This document shows positions 46,698 through 54,632 of a stretch of 58,889 nt of DNA, one piece after another. Under the pieces are notes generated by a model. The model was not told where the DNA came from. It saw only the letters and a program-made list of their open reading frames with translations, and made no database searches. Position numbers and translations under genes: made by a program. The first letter of the stretch is position 1, and each line of letters starts with the position of its first letter. The stretch is from a virus (Duplodnaviria > Caudoviricetes): positions 1 to 58,889 of the IMG/VR virus record IMGVR_UViG_3300007735_000764. The stretch is one strand, 5' to 3'.

Positions 46698-46752
46698 ATC
46701 CTACAGCTCCTTGAAAGAGCTGTAGGATAACACGGTGACGCGAGTAATGCAA
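46697..46752 (-). promoter_or_regulatory. Promoter plus RBS-occluding hairpin for the HNH gene
   Basis: TTGCAT-17 nt-TATCCT; 13-bp stem TATCCTACAGCTC/GAGCTGTAGGATA ending at the ATG. Confidence 0.75.
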
Positions 46753-46753
46753 T

Positions 46754-47206
46754 TTATGCTATACGTAATATGGCATTGCTGGCATCCGCCGTCGGGAAGA
46801 TGACGGTGAAGTCCCCCGCCGAAGCGGTTTTGTCCGAGCCGAAATCCAGAACCACAACCGACGGGTTGGTGTAGGTGTGAGCCGGAGTGGTGTTATAGAT
46901 CAAAGCGCCACGGGCAGTGAACGAGGCGGTGGACCAGACCTCATCCGCAAAATCGGTGAACGCTGTCGTGCCAGAAGAAGTTGGGTTGACGTTCGCGAGA
47001 GCCTGACCACCGGCAACGTAAGCCGACCCGGAGGTGTTAGTCGTCTCTCCGGATGTGGTGTAGGCCGTCGTGGAAGCATCCAACGTGGCGGAGTTGGTGT
47101 ACAGCGCCATGTAAAAAATGTCTCCGCCCGAAGCGCGGAAATCGTGGGCGCCTTCAAGAAGCTGCTTCTTGAAAGACGTGCACATGAAGTTACCGGTAAA
47201 AGCCAT
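46754..47206 (-). CDS. Virion structural protein
   Basis: CTSFK.QLL...HDF, ALYT..ATL...TTAY, TARGALIYN, VLDFG.DK, F.VIFP......AI.RIA. Confidence 0.8.
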   Translation of the reverse strand: MAFTGNFMCTSFKKQLLEGAHDFRASGGDIFYMALYTNSATLDASTTAYTTSGETTNTSGSAYVAGGQALANVNPTSSGTTAFTDFADEVWSTASFTARGALIYNTTPAHTYTNPSVVVLDFGSDKTASAGDFTVIFPTADASNAILRIA

Positions 47207-47207
47207 G

Positions 47208-47501
47208 TTACGGCCTCCTAAGAAGTTCGGCTAGGTTCGGCTGACCCGCCTCAAGGACAAGATTATAGACTGTTGTTCGATCAGATTGAATGGCCCGCTT
47301 CATGTAAAGCAGAACAACCTGTTCCACCTTATCCTTGAAAGCCAAGGCCTGTTCCCGGATAGCCGGGTGCGCGGTGTCCGACACTTGGACGATGCGATCT
47401 GTAGCTAGTTTAGCCCAAAACTCAGGAGGATGCCCGCGATTTGATGTTGTTTGTACATCAACCTGCATGACCGTGGCAACGACGGGATCAGTCCAAGCCA
47501 T
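47208..47501 (-). CDS. Conserved hypothetical protein
   Basis: TT.NRG..PE.WA...IREQA.AF...AIQSDRTT. Confidence 0.8.
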   Translation of the reverse strand: MAWTDPVVATVMQVDVQTTSNRGHPPEFWAKLATDRIVQVSDTAHPAIREQALAFKDKVEQVVLLYMKRAIQSDRTTVYNLVLEAGQPNLAELLRRP

Positions 47502-48136
47502 TAGGTAGCTCTCACTCTAACGAGACCGTCGCGGTAGGCGTCGGTATTCTCGCGGCCTTCGCCGAAGTTCTTGAGGCGGGTCAAGGCTTCTGCATAACGC
47601 TGGTTGTAGACGTTCAGCAGATCCTGCTCACCCTTCATGAAGGTATAGGCTTCGAACAGGCAGGCATAGAATAGCGCCTGCTCAGCATTATCGCCAAGCC
47701 ACGACGTTCCTGTCTGGATGATAGAAGCGGGCTTATAGTAATAGTGCATCTCAACAGCGTAGTTCCCGGCAGGGACCGGGGCTAGGATGAAGTTGTTTAT
47801 ATCAAAAAGAGCATAATACTTTGGGGTGCCGGTGGCGCCAGTGGGGTTATACTCTTGTAGATACTCAACGTCCTTGTTGAGCAAGAACGATGTCGATCCG
47901 CTTATTGTCACCGCCAGAGAGAAAGGGGACAAGAAGTCGGATGGCACCGCCAAGTACTTGTTGCCGCTGGTGGTCGTGCCGGAGACGTTCTTACGAAACA
48001 CATCCAGATCGACAGAGTACAAGATCCGCTCTTCAGCATTGCGGATAAAGTTGTCGATCTGACTGTTGAAGGTGGTTTCGTCGTACTGTGTCCAGTCCTT
48101 AATGGCCTGAACAAGTGTCGCATAGGTCCAAGCCAT
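47501..48136 (-). CDS. Head-tail adaptor-like protein
   Basis: TYA.L..AI.D, FI.NAE.RI, G.PKYYA, LAP.P...Y..E.HY, YAC L.EAY.FMKG. Confidence 0.75.
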   Translation of the reverse strand: MAWTYATLVQAIKDWTQYDETTFNSQIDNFIRNAEERILYSVDLDVFRKNVSGTTTSGNKYLAVPSDFLSPFSLAVTISGSTSFLLNKDVEYLQEYNPTGATGTPKYYALFDINNFILAPVPAGNYAVEMHYYYKPASIIQTGTSWLGDNAEQALFYACLFEAYTFMKGEQDLLNVYNQRYAEALTRLKNFGEGRENTDAYRDGLVRVRAT

Positions 48137-48441
48137 CAGGTGATACTCACTGTCACGATGCCCACCTGAGTAATACCTTGAATGAGATCATTCTCAAGGG
48201 GCGGGAAGATTGAAACGCCAACGGGCACGTCCATAGGTTCAATACGATCAGGGCGCGGCTCGTACAAGGCTTGCGGCTCCGGCGGCGGGTAGGTGGGATC
48301 AAGCTGCGGATGCTTGGGTTCCCAGCACTCTTCGCAAGTGCGAAAGCCGTTCCACTCCTTCTTCAAGGACGTGTAGTCGTACTGCATACCGCAGCGGTCG
48401 CAGATAGCTTGGGAGTAGGCTCCGTTTGCGTACCGAGCCAT
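48136..48441 (-). CDS. Zinc-finger virion/assembly protein
   Basis: AICDRCG...EWNG...C.ECWEPKHPQL...PRPD. Confidence 0.8.
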   Translation of the reverse strand: MARYANGAYSQAICDRCGMQYDYTSLKKEWNGFRTCEECWEPKHPQLDPTYPPPEPQALYEPRPDRIEPMDVPVGVSIFPPLENDLIQGITQVGIVTVSIT

Positions 48442-48442
48442 C

Positions 48443-49129
48443 TCACACCACCCGATAGAAGTCCCTGACCGGAGTCAGTTGAAGAGGAGCGCGGTCGCGG
48501 TCTTCCTGCGCTGCGCGTTCGAACTCTTCGTCGTAGATGATTTTCAGCATCTGTGAGCGTTCCGGGGCCTTCTTCAAAGAGATGTAGTAGGCCAAGCCGG
48601 CAGCGAGACAGGGGTAGAAGCGAAACGGAATCTGGAGCGTGTTGACGCTGGCATTCACGTCATCCATGCGGACCAGCTTGTCGATGATCAGGTAGTAGGT
48701 CTGATCCGGGGCCGGCCACACGGTAACCTGTGGGGCGATCTGTCGTTCAACAACGAACTGCACCGGACGTGCGCGGGTGAGCTTGTTCGGAATATTGAGA
48801 TACTGATCGCGGCTGATGCGATCAATCGTCAGGTCCGTCTGGTTCTGGGTGCCGACATCCTGAGCGCTGCGAATCGCGGCCGACAAGATATCGATTGTCG
48901 GCTCGCCGAGAGCGTAGGAAGTCGTGCCAGCGACCATCGTGATCGTAGCACGCTCAATGGTCCACTGGTTCAGGCCGCGATTAGCCCATTCGGCAAGAAG
49001 AAGGTTCAAGCTGCGACGAGCTGTGCGCTGATCGTATCCGGTCCGGATCTCAATCCCACAGCGTTCGAACGCTTCTTCGATGTACTCAGCGACATCTAGC
49101 TCGAATGTCTTCGTGCCGGAAAGGGCCAT
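48443..49129 (-). CDS. Head completion/adaptor-like structural protein
   Basis: IEEAFERCG, TARRSLNL..AEWANRGLN.WT, PFRFYPCL.AGLAYY, YDEEF.RA. Confidence 0.8.
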   Translation of the reverse strand: MALSGTKTFELDVAEYIEEAFERCGIEIRTGYDQRTARRSLNLLLAEWANRGLNQWTIERATITMVAGTTSYALGEPTIDILSAAIRSAQDVGTQNQTDLTIDRISRDQYLNIPNKLTRARPVQFVVERQIAPQVTVWPAPDQTYYLIIDKLVRMDDVNASVNTLQIPFRFYPCLAAGLAYYISLKKAPERSQMLKIIYDEEFERAAQEDRDRAPLQLTPVRDFYRVV

Positions 49130-49404
49130 TACGCACCATACTTTGCTTTAGTGAGTGCAACAGAAGCTTCGTACGAAGAGACCGGGAGCGACTGGAGATC
49201 GCTCTTGAGCTGGCCCTTAGACACAACACCGCCCGCGGCCATCTTCTTCGGCTTAGACATACCGGCTTCCGAAAGAGCAATGGCAATCGCCTGCTTCGGC
49301 GACTTCACCACAGGACCCTTCTTACCGGAATGAAGCTTTCCGGCCTTGAACTCACGGTATACTTTTGCTATTTTCTTTTGAGCTTTGGTAGGAGTTTTAG
49401 CCAT
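49129..49404 (-). CDS. DUF6496-like small basic protein
   Basis: [30 protein letters not shown], then MAAGGVV. Confidence 0.8.
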   Translation of the reverse strand: MAKTPTKAQKKIAKVYREFKAGKLHSGKKGPVVKSPKQAIAIALSEAGMSKPKKMAAGGVVSKGQLKSDLQSLPVSSYEASVALTKAKYGA

Positions 49405-49924
49405 GGAAGCGCCCGATGAAATGTGGAAGCCGGTTGATGGGTACGACGGGTATTACGAAGTAAGCAGCCTCGGAAGGTTTGCCGCGATCAAAAACGGAGA
49501 GCGTTTTCTCCGCAAGATCAATTACGCAACACATTACCCTAGTGTGTCCTTTAAGAAAAGGCCGCAGGACAAAGCTCAAAAGTCTGCAACAATGCATAGC
49601 TTGGTAGCGAAAGCATTTCTGGGAGAACGCCCTTCTGGTTATGTGGTTCGGCACTTGGATGGGGATAGACACAACAACCGAGCTGATAATCTGGCTTATG
49701 GTTTGCCGGAAGAGAACTACGCGGATACGAAGAAGCACGGAACACACAGAAGAGAGAACAACGGGCGAGCCTTGTTTAACGAGCTTGGTGTAAAAGCTGT
49801 GCGACTTTTAATAGAGAAAGATGTTTCTCTATCGGAAATAGCCCGACACCTTGGGGTGTCCGTGGGGACAATACATGCAATTAAGACCGGTCGTAATTGG
49901 TCCGATCTTACTTGCTCTTCTTAG
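49403..49924 (+). CDS. NUMOD4-HNH homing endonuclease, antisense to the late operon
   Basis: [34 protein letters not shown]...NL; AGGAG RBS before ATG 49403. Confidence 0.9.
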   Translation: MEAPDEMWKPVDGYDGYYEVSSLGRFAAIKNGERFLRKINYATHYPSVSFKKRPQDKAQKSATMHSLVAKAFLGERPSGYVVRHLDGDRHNNRADNLAYGLPEENYADTKKHGTHRRENNGRALFNELGVKAVRLLIEKDVSLSEIARHLGVSVGTIHAIKTGRNWSDLTCSS

Positions 49925-50069
49925 CCGCCCGCATATTGTCAATTAAATTGGGATAGGGGCGACCGGCCTTCTTAGCCGCGGCCTTTGCCGATGCCTTTTG
50001 AGCAGGCGTCAGGGCCTTCGGTTTCCCGAGGCCCTTCGGACGCTTCTTATCCCAGACCGGCTTCTTCAC
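49908..50069 (-). CDS. Small basic protein (53 aa)
   Basis: GTGA coupling; [53 protein letters not shown]; not in the ORF track. Confidence 0.75.
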   Translation of the reverse strand: MKKPVWDKKRPKGLGKPKALTPAQKASAKAAAKKAGRPYPNLIDNMRAAKKSK

Positions 50070-50203
50070 TTGCCGCTCTTCTTGAGGCCCATGGCCATCA
50101 TCTTACGGGGCGAGCACATCATGCCGCCCTTGGCCATCTTCTTGACGGCACCCTTCTTGACCATGCCGCCCTTAGCCATTTTCTTTGAACCACAACCAGC
50201 CAT
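50066..50203 (-). CDS. Small basic MAKGG-repeat peptide (45 aa)
   Basis: AGGAGG RBS; [45 protein letters not shown]; not in the ORF track. Confidence 0.75.
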   Translation of the reverse strand: MAGCGSKKMAKGGMVKKGAVKKMAKGGMMCSPRKMMAMGLKKSGK

Positions 50204-50215
50204 GTCGGCCTCCTG

Positions 50216-50509
50216 TCAGCAAATCTTGCAAGGCTTTGAGCGGGCCTTGCCATAACCGCGAACCTGAACCATGCCACCTTTAGCGTAACCACGGACCATG
50301 CCGCCTTTAGCCATGGCGGGACGAGAAGCCTCCATGTCATCGCGGATCATACGGTCAAGGGCTTCGCGGTCTTCCGGGCTGACGTTGTCCATGGGGGACC
50401 GAGCCGGCATTTCATCACGCCCTTCTTCGCGGCGCATAGTGTCGCGGAAACGGCGGCGCACGCCTTCCGGAACGACAGAGAACTTTTCGCTGGGCTTCAT
50501 ACCGGGCAT
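50216..50509 (-). CDS. Small AKGG-motif protein
   Basis: MAKGGMVRGYAKGGMVQVRGYGKARSKPCKIC. Confidence 0.8.
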   Translation of the reverse strand: MPGMKPSEKFSVVPEGVRRRFRDTMRREEGRDEMPARSPMDNVSPEDREALDRMIRDDMEASRPAMAKGGMVRGYAKGGMVQVRGYGKARSKPCKIC

Positions 50510-50510
50510 C

Positions 50511-50858
50511 TTACTTCCCCTTCTTCTTACCGAGAATGATCATGATGCCGAGGCCGGCCTTCGGGGCCTTAGCGGCAGGCAAGGGCTTCTTACCCGCAGC
50601 CTTCATTTTCTTTTCGTAGTCTGAGCGAGCTGCGGCAGGAGTCTTGCCCGTGCCCATGATTGCTCCGCCCTTGGCCATCTTTTTAACCGCGCCACCCTTC
50701 TTCATACCCGGCATGCCTTGCGGCATCGGGCCAGCCATCGGGGGAACTTGGCCTTCCATCTCCGTAGGCTTCATCGCCTTCGGTGCAGCCATCGTCTTGG
50801 GCATCGGGGCGCCGCGCTTGCGAGCACCGACCATGCGCTTCATGCCAATCTTCTTCAT
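50511..50858 (-). CDS. Met/Lys/Pro-rich AKGG-motif protein
   Basis: MKKGGAVKKMAKGGAI; TAATG coupling. Confidence 0.75.
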   Translation of the reverse strand: MKKIGMKRMVGARKRGAPMPKTMAAPKAMKPTEMEGQVPPMAGPMPQGMPGMKKGGAVKKMAKGGAIMGTGKTPAAARSDYEKKMKAAGKKPLPAAKAPKAGLGIMIILGKKKGK

Positions 50859-51100
50859 TACCGGGCTCCTGTGATGCGGTCGATCTTCTCTTCAAGACGA
50901 TCAAACCGCTGCATGATGCGGTTCAGGTCGTTGTGCAGATCCACCTTTGTAACATATGTCTTCGCGATTTCCTCACGAGTATCGGAAAGAGTTGTCGTCA
51001 ACCGCTCCTGCTTAGTGTTCAAATGAACAAGCGCCCATGCCGCCGGAGCGACGATAAGGGTCAGGAGGGTGTTCCAAATAAATTCAATGCTCGCCATCAT
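50858..51100 (-). CDS. Membrane-anchored coiled-coil protein (holin-like candidate)
   Basis: One N-terminal TM helix, then TREEIAK.YVTK...RFDRLEEKID. Confidence 0.7.
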   Translation of the reverse strand: MMASIEFIWNTLLTLIVAPAAWALVHLNTKQERLTTTLSDTREEIAKTYVTKVDLHNDLNRIMQRFDRLEEKIDRITGAR

Positions 51101-51432
51101 TTGAACCTACTCCCACCAGGAGGGGCCTTCTTAGATCCGCCCGGTCCAGCCCAGAGGACTTTGCGAGCCCAGTAATTGGCAGAGAACTTGTCGTCCTTAC
51201 CTTTGATCCCAGCACTGCGGGCAAGATAATTCTTACGCGCTTCGGCAGAATAGTTGTGGCCCATGCTGGCATCACCGAAGTGAACGACCTTCACCTCGTC
51301 GCCCTTCTTAGCAAGGACCATCTTTTTCTTCTTGGGATTCGTGCTGGCCCGCGGCTTGTTAAAGCCTGCGTAGGTCACGCCTCGGTAGGTGATGCCCTTG
51401 CCTGTGCGCTTGATGCCAGATGCCTTGGCCAT
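51097..51432 (-). CDS. Conserved basic virion-associated protein
   Basis: GFNKP, KK..VLAK.G..VK.VHFG...M, RK...AR, K.SA.YWA; ATG 51432. Confidence 0.8.
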   Translation of the reverse strand: MAKASGIKRTGKGITYRGVTYAGFNKPRASTNPKKKKMVLAKKGDEVKVVHFGDASMGHNYSAEARKNYLARSAGIKGKDDKFSANYWARKVLWAGPGGSKKAPPGGSRFK

Positions 51433-52217
51433 CAGGGTGTCCCCGCATCGTTCTTGATGAGAAGGATAATGAACATCGAGGAACAAGAGTTGTTCGCAGC
51501 CGCCCCAACGGCCTGCGCTTCAATGGTCGTTTTCTCAGGGACAACGATGGGGTATTCAAAAGCGTAGTCCGCAGAGCCATTGTTTACGGTGACTATCGCA
51601 GCAGTGAGGCGGATGTCATTGACCCCACGCGTCATGAGGCGCCCTGTCACCGCGTTCGATCCGGAAACCTGACCAGAAGAAAACAAGCCCTGAGAAACGT
51701 ACGCCGTATATCCGGCAGGCACTGTATAGCTCCCGGTTATCCGGGAGTTGTAGTCCAACTGGATCACGTCATAGACCGTAGCAGGTACGCCCGCCGTGAC
51801 GGTGCCCGTGCCAAAATAAATTGTCCCGGCAGCGGAATTACCAGATCCGGCAGTCATCACGTAGCAGTTATTAATGTGAAGGTACGAATTCGTGGTCGTA
51901 ACGGCCGTCTGACCGTTGAGAGTCACGGTTTCGCTGATAACATTGTGATTCGCATTAAGACCTTCGAGATAGACAGTGCGAGCGCCTGTCCCGTTGGCCG
52001 TGTCGTTGGCGCTGCCTGAACTGACAGAAAGTTGAAGAGCCGCAGCGGGGAAAGTTAGAATGCCGCCATGTGGCCATACAGTTTCAACCGCCGTATCAAC
52101 GTCCGCGTTGTACCCAAAGACGACTATGGACCGGTGCCAAGAGATTTGCCCCCGAGCTACTTGTAGCTCGAAGGGCTCATTCTTGCCGGCCTTCGTTGTA
52201 GAAGACGGTGCCGCCAT
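51432..52217 (-). CDS. Virion structural protein
   Basis: FELQVARGQI, FGYN.DV, SS.SANDT..GTGARTV, E.V.LNG, YTVPAGYT, PEKT.IE. Confidence 0.8.
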   Translation of the reverse strand: MAAPSSTTKAGKNEPFELQVARGQISWHRSIVVFGYNADVDTAVETVWPHGGILTFPAAALQLSVSSGSANDTANGTGARTVYLEGLNANHNVISETVTLNGQTAVTTTNSYLHINNCYVMTAGSGNSAAGTIYFGTGTVTAGVPATVYDVIQLDYNSRITGSYTVPAGYTAYVSQGLFSSGQVSGSNAVTGRLMTRGVNDIRLTAAIVTVNNGSADYAFEYPIVVPEKTTIEAQAVGAAANNSCSSMFIILLIKNDAGTP

Positions 52218-52223
52218 GACTTA

Positions 52224-52625
52224 TCACCCGTATGACTTGAGGACCTCTATCACGACGGTGTACCGGTCGCCGTTTGCGGCGCCGACTGTCGTGAAAAGAA
52301 GATCCCCGGTCTTGCCCGTACCGGCATTGTTGATGATTCCACCAAACCGGGAGAAGTCTAACGAAACGAAATCGGCTTCCCCAAATGTCATGGCCACAAC
52401 GTCTGTCGTTGCATCCCACAACATGTTGAGGCCCATGCCCGCCGTGATGACATCGATCTTTTGGATCGACACGCCCGTGCAAGCTGCGCCCTGAAAAGAT
52501 TTGAGCGCGGACACGTCGATCTTCACGACGCCGCTTTCTCCCGTTCCATCGGATATATTAGTGAACTTGAAGACGGCACGTTGAGTGCCGTCAAACAAGG
52601 TTTGCGAAGTTACTGCGTCAGCCAT
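52224..52625 (-). CDS. Virion structural protein
   Basis: MADAVTSQT..DG, KFTN.SDGTGES.V.KIDVS, GKTGD..FTT; AGGAGG RBS. Confidence 0.8.
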   Translation of the reverse strand: MADAVTSQTLFDGTQRAVFKFTNISDGTGESGVVKIDVSALKSFQGAACTGVSIQKIDVITAGMGLNMLWDATTDVVAMTFGEADFVSLDFSRFGGIINNAGTGKTGDLLFTTVGAANGDRYTVVIEVLKSYG

Positions 52626-52652
52626 CTCAGGCCTCCTGTTTTAGGAGCCGGA

Positions 52653-52922
52653 TTACGAGGCCGAAATAGCAGCCAGCGTGTCGCAGCGGAGCCAGTTGGT
52701 GCCGTTCGAGAAAGCGACAACCGGGGAACCCGCAGCGCCATTCGACACGTAGATCAGACGACGAGCGTTGGTGGAAGCCGCCGGAACACCCGAAACGGTG
52801 TACGTCGGGAGCACAACGCTGCCCGTGACGTTACCCGTGACGTTACCCGTGACGTTACCCGTGACAGCGCCAACGAAGCCATTCTGAGAGGTAACTGGAC
52901 CCGAAAAAGTGGTGGAAGCCAT
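52653..52922 (-). CDS. Small capsid-associated/decoration-like protein
   Basis: MA.TTFSGPV.S.NGF, (VTGN) repeats from a 12-nt tandem at 52822-52865, YTV..VP, YVSNG, AFSNGTNW. Confidence 0.8.
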   Translation of the reverse strand: MASTTFSGPVTSQNGFVGAVTGNVTGNVTGNVTGSVVLPTYTVSGVPAASTNARRLIYVSNGAAGSPVVAFSNGTNWLRCDTLAAISAS

Positions 52923-52929
52923 TGCTTCA

Positions 52930-53001
52930 ACTCCTGCACGATGAGGCCCAGTAGTCTGTGCAGCGTCCGCCGGGACGGTCTACAGGGCCGGATTACCCGG
53001 T
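52930..53001 (-). ncRNA. Mu-gpT-DE-like structured RNA (pseudoknot over the RBS)
   Basis: GGCCC-U-GUAG/CUAC-U-GGGCC stem, inner CGUCC/GGACG hairpin, loop CUGCAC complementary to GUGCAG overlapping the AGGAG SD; lies right after a Mu-gpT-like gene. Confidence 0.7.
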
Positions 53002-53026
53002 AAGAAACTGTGCCATATCTGGCGTG

Positions 53027-53057
53027 TAAAAGAAAGGCCCCGCCGAAGCGGGGCCTC
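53027..53057 (-). terminator. Rho-independent terminator after the major capsid gene
   Basis: AGGCCCCGC-TTCG-GCGGGGCCT then TTCTTTT on the minus strand. Confidence 0.9.
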
Positions 53058-53071
53058 CTTGGTCTGGCTTA

Positions 53072-53980
53072 TTAGGCCGCGCCTTCCGAGCCGTAGATGG
53101 CGCGGAAGTCCGACCAGCCGAACGAGTAACGCTCACGCGCCTTGTAGCGCACGTTGCCCGTTTCGAAGTCGCCTTCCATTGCCGTCTTGATCGGCGAACG
53201 GACGAAGTGTTTCATGCCGTTCGGAGCATCCGTCTTGATGAACCAAGCATCCGGATCGGTCAGGAAGTGGTTGACCGTGTAGCCCTGCGGCAGCATGCCC
53301 ATATTCTTCATCGCGTTGATGTCGTTGTCGGCAGTACCGACGCGGAGATCCGAGACGAGAATGCGCTCAGCGGTGAACTGGAGCGCCGGGGGAACGATCA
53401 GCTTCATGCCACGGAGGGCAATCTTCAGACCGCGTTCGTCAACGAAAGCCGAAATGTCGATGAGCGCCTGCTCAAGCGACGTTTCGTTCAAGTCGGCCGG
53501 AGTGGCCGGCTCGTTGACGACGTTGCCGCCACCAACCGTCGAGTGGGTGCCGCAAAGCTCAGTGCCGTCACCGCCCTTGTAGGACGAGTTGAAGGCGTTG
53601 TTGAGCACCGAAGCCGCCTTGACCTGCTTCGTGTTCGCCATGGAGCGAGCAAGAGCGCGGGTGTAGCGAGCCGAGAGACGGTCGTAGAGGTTGTCTTCGA
53701 CAGCTTCTTCCGTGATGGCGAATGCGAGAGCAATCGTCTCATGGGTATAGCGAGCCGTCCAAGCTTCACCAGCCGTGTCGTAGGAGACGGCAGCGCCTTC
53801 ACCCTTGACCGGAGCCTGACCGAAACCCGAGAGCATGACTTCTTCTTCAAACGCACGATCCGAAGATTCGGTGTCGAAGATTTCAGCATGCTCGTTGTCG
53901 TAGCGGTCGTACTCAAGACCGAACAAGGCGTTAAGGCCTGGTTCCAGTTCTTTAAGGAGTTGGGAACGTGTAATAGCCAT
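53072..53980 (-). CDS. Major capsid protein (Mu gpT-like)
   Basis: MAITRSQLLKELEPGLNALFGLEY, SDRAFEEEV, ITEEAVEDNLY, DFETGNVRYKARERYSFG.SD.R. Confidence 0.92.
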   Translation of the reverse strand: MAITRSQLLKELEPGLNALFGLEYDRYDNEHAEIFDTESSDRAFEEEVMLSGFGQAPVKGEGAAVSYDTAGEAWTARYTHETIALAFAITEEAVEDNLYDRLSARYTRALARSMANTKQVKAASVLNNAFNSSYKGGDGTELCGTHSTVGGGNVVNEPATPADLNETSLEQALIDISAFVDERGLKIALRGMKLIVPPALQFTAERILVSDLRVGTADNDINAMKNMGMLPQGYTVNHFLTDPDAWFIKTDAPNGMKHFVRSPIKTAMEGDFETGNVRYKARERYSFGWSDFRAIYGSEGAA

Positions 53981-53996
53981 CTGTCATAGCCTCCGA

Positions 53997-54614
53997 TCAG
54001 ACGCCCGCACCCGTACCGTTCGCATTGTAACGGTAGAAGTGGTTGTTGATCATGACGATAGCCAGACGCCCAGCGGCCGCTGCATCATCGTTGGCTGGCG
54101 AGTTTTCGAAGCCAATGATGCGGAGGTTGAGGGTGTTCGTGGTGTTCGCCGTCGAAACTGCAAGTTCACCCGAAGACATGCCGCTTGTCGCGTTGCCAGA
54201 AGTGGCGGTCGCGAAGTTGGCGTTGGCGTGAACAAGCGAGTCAGCAGCAGCCGCATCGCAGTTGATGAGGAAGAGCTGATCCGGATGCGCGGCGATAAGC
54301 GCCGTAGCTTCCGTGCCCGACTTCACAGCAGCCGTACCAGGCCACTTATTGGCGTAGGTGGGGGTGCCGTTGAGGTCGATGTAGTTGCAGCCGAGGAACG
54401 CGCCCAGAAGAGGGACCGTACCACCGTTCGCATTGCCGACGATGTCGATAAGACCATTGGCGAGCGGGATGACCGGGGTGCCTTCATAGATAACGCTAGA
54501 AGTGCCCGCAGTCCCCGTCGTCTGGATCTTATACGTGCTAACACCGTTGGTGTTAGCGCCTTCGCCGAGCATCTTATACGGGCGGAGCCCGAAAGCGGCA
54601 TCGATATTTGCCAT
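53997..54614 (-). CDS. Minor capsid / cement protein
   Basis: MAN.DA.FGLRP, G.F.GC.Y, G...SG.S, LRI.G, V.INNH; directly upstream of the MCP. Confidence 0.8.
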   Translation of the reverse strand: MANIDAAFGLRPYKMLGEGANTNGVSTYKIQTTGTAGTSSVIYEGTPVIPLANGLIDIVGNANGGTVPLLGAFLGCNYIDLNGTPTYANKWPGTAAVKSGTEATALIAAHPDQLFLINCDAAAADSLVHANANFATATSGNATSGMSSGELAVSTANTTNTLNLRIIGFENSPANDDAAAAGRLAIVMINNHFYRYNANGTGAGV

Positions 54615-54632
54615 TGCTCAGATCCTTGTGAC

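Noticed and set aside
46095-46753. Group I intron around the HNH genes
   Set aside because: Flanking genes appear intact with their own starts and stops, there is too little non-coding sequence for a ribozyme core, and two of the HNH genes are antisense.
52822-52865. 12-nt tandem repeat as a regulatory or phase-variable element (also 34935-34962)
   Set aside because: The unit is a multiple of three and encodes simple peptide repeats (VTGN; NRDE), so it cannot shift frame.
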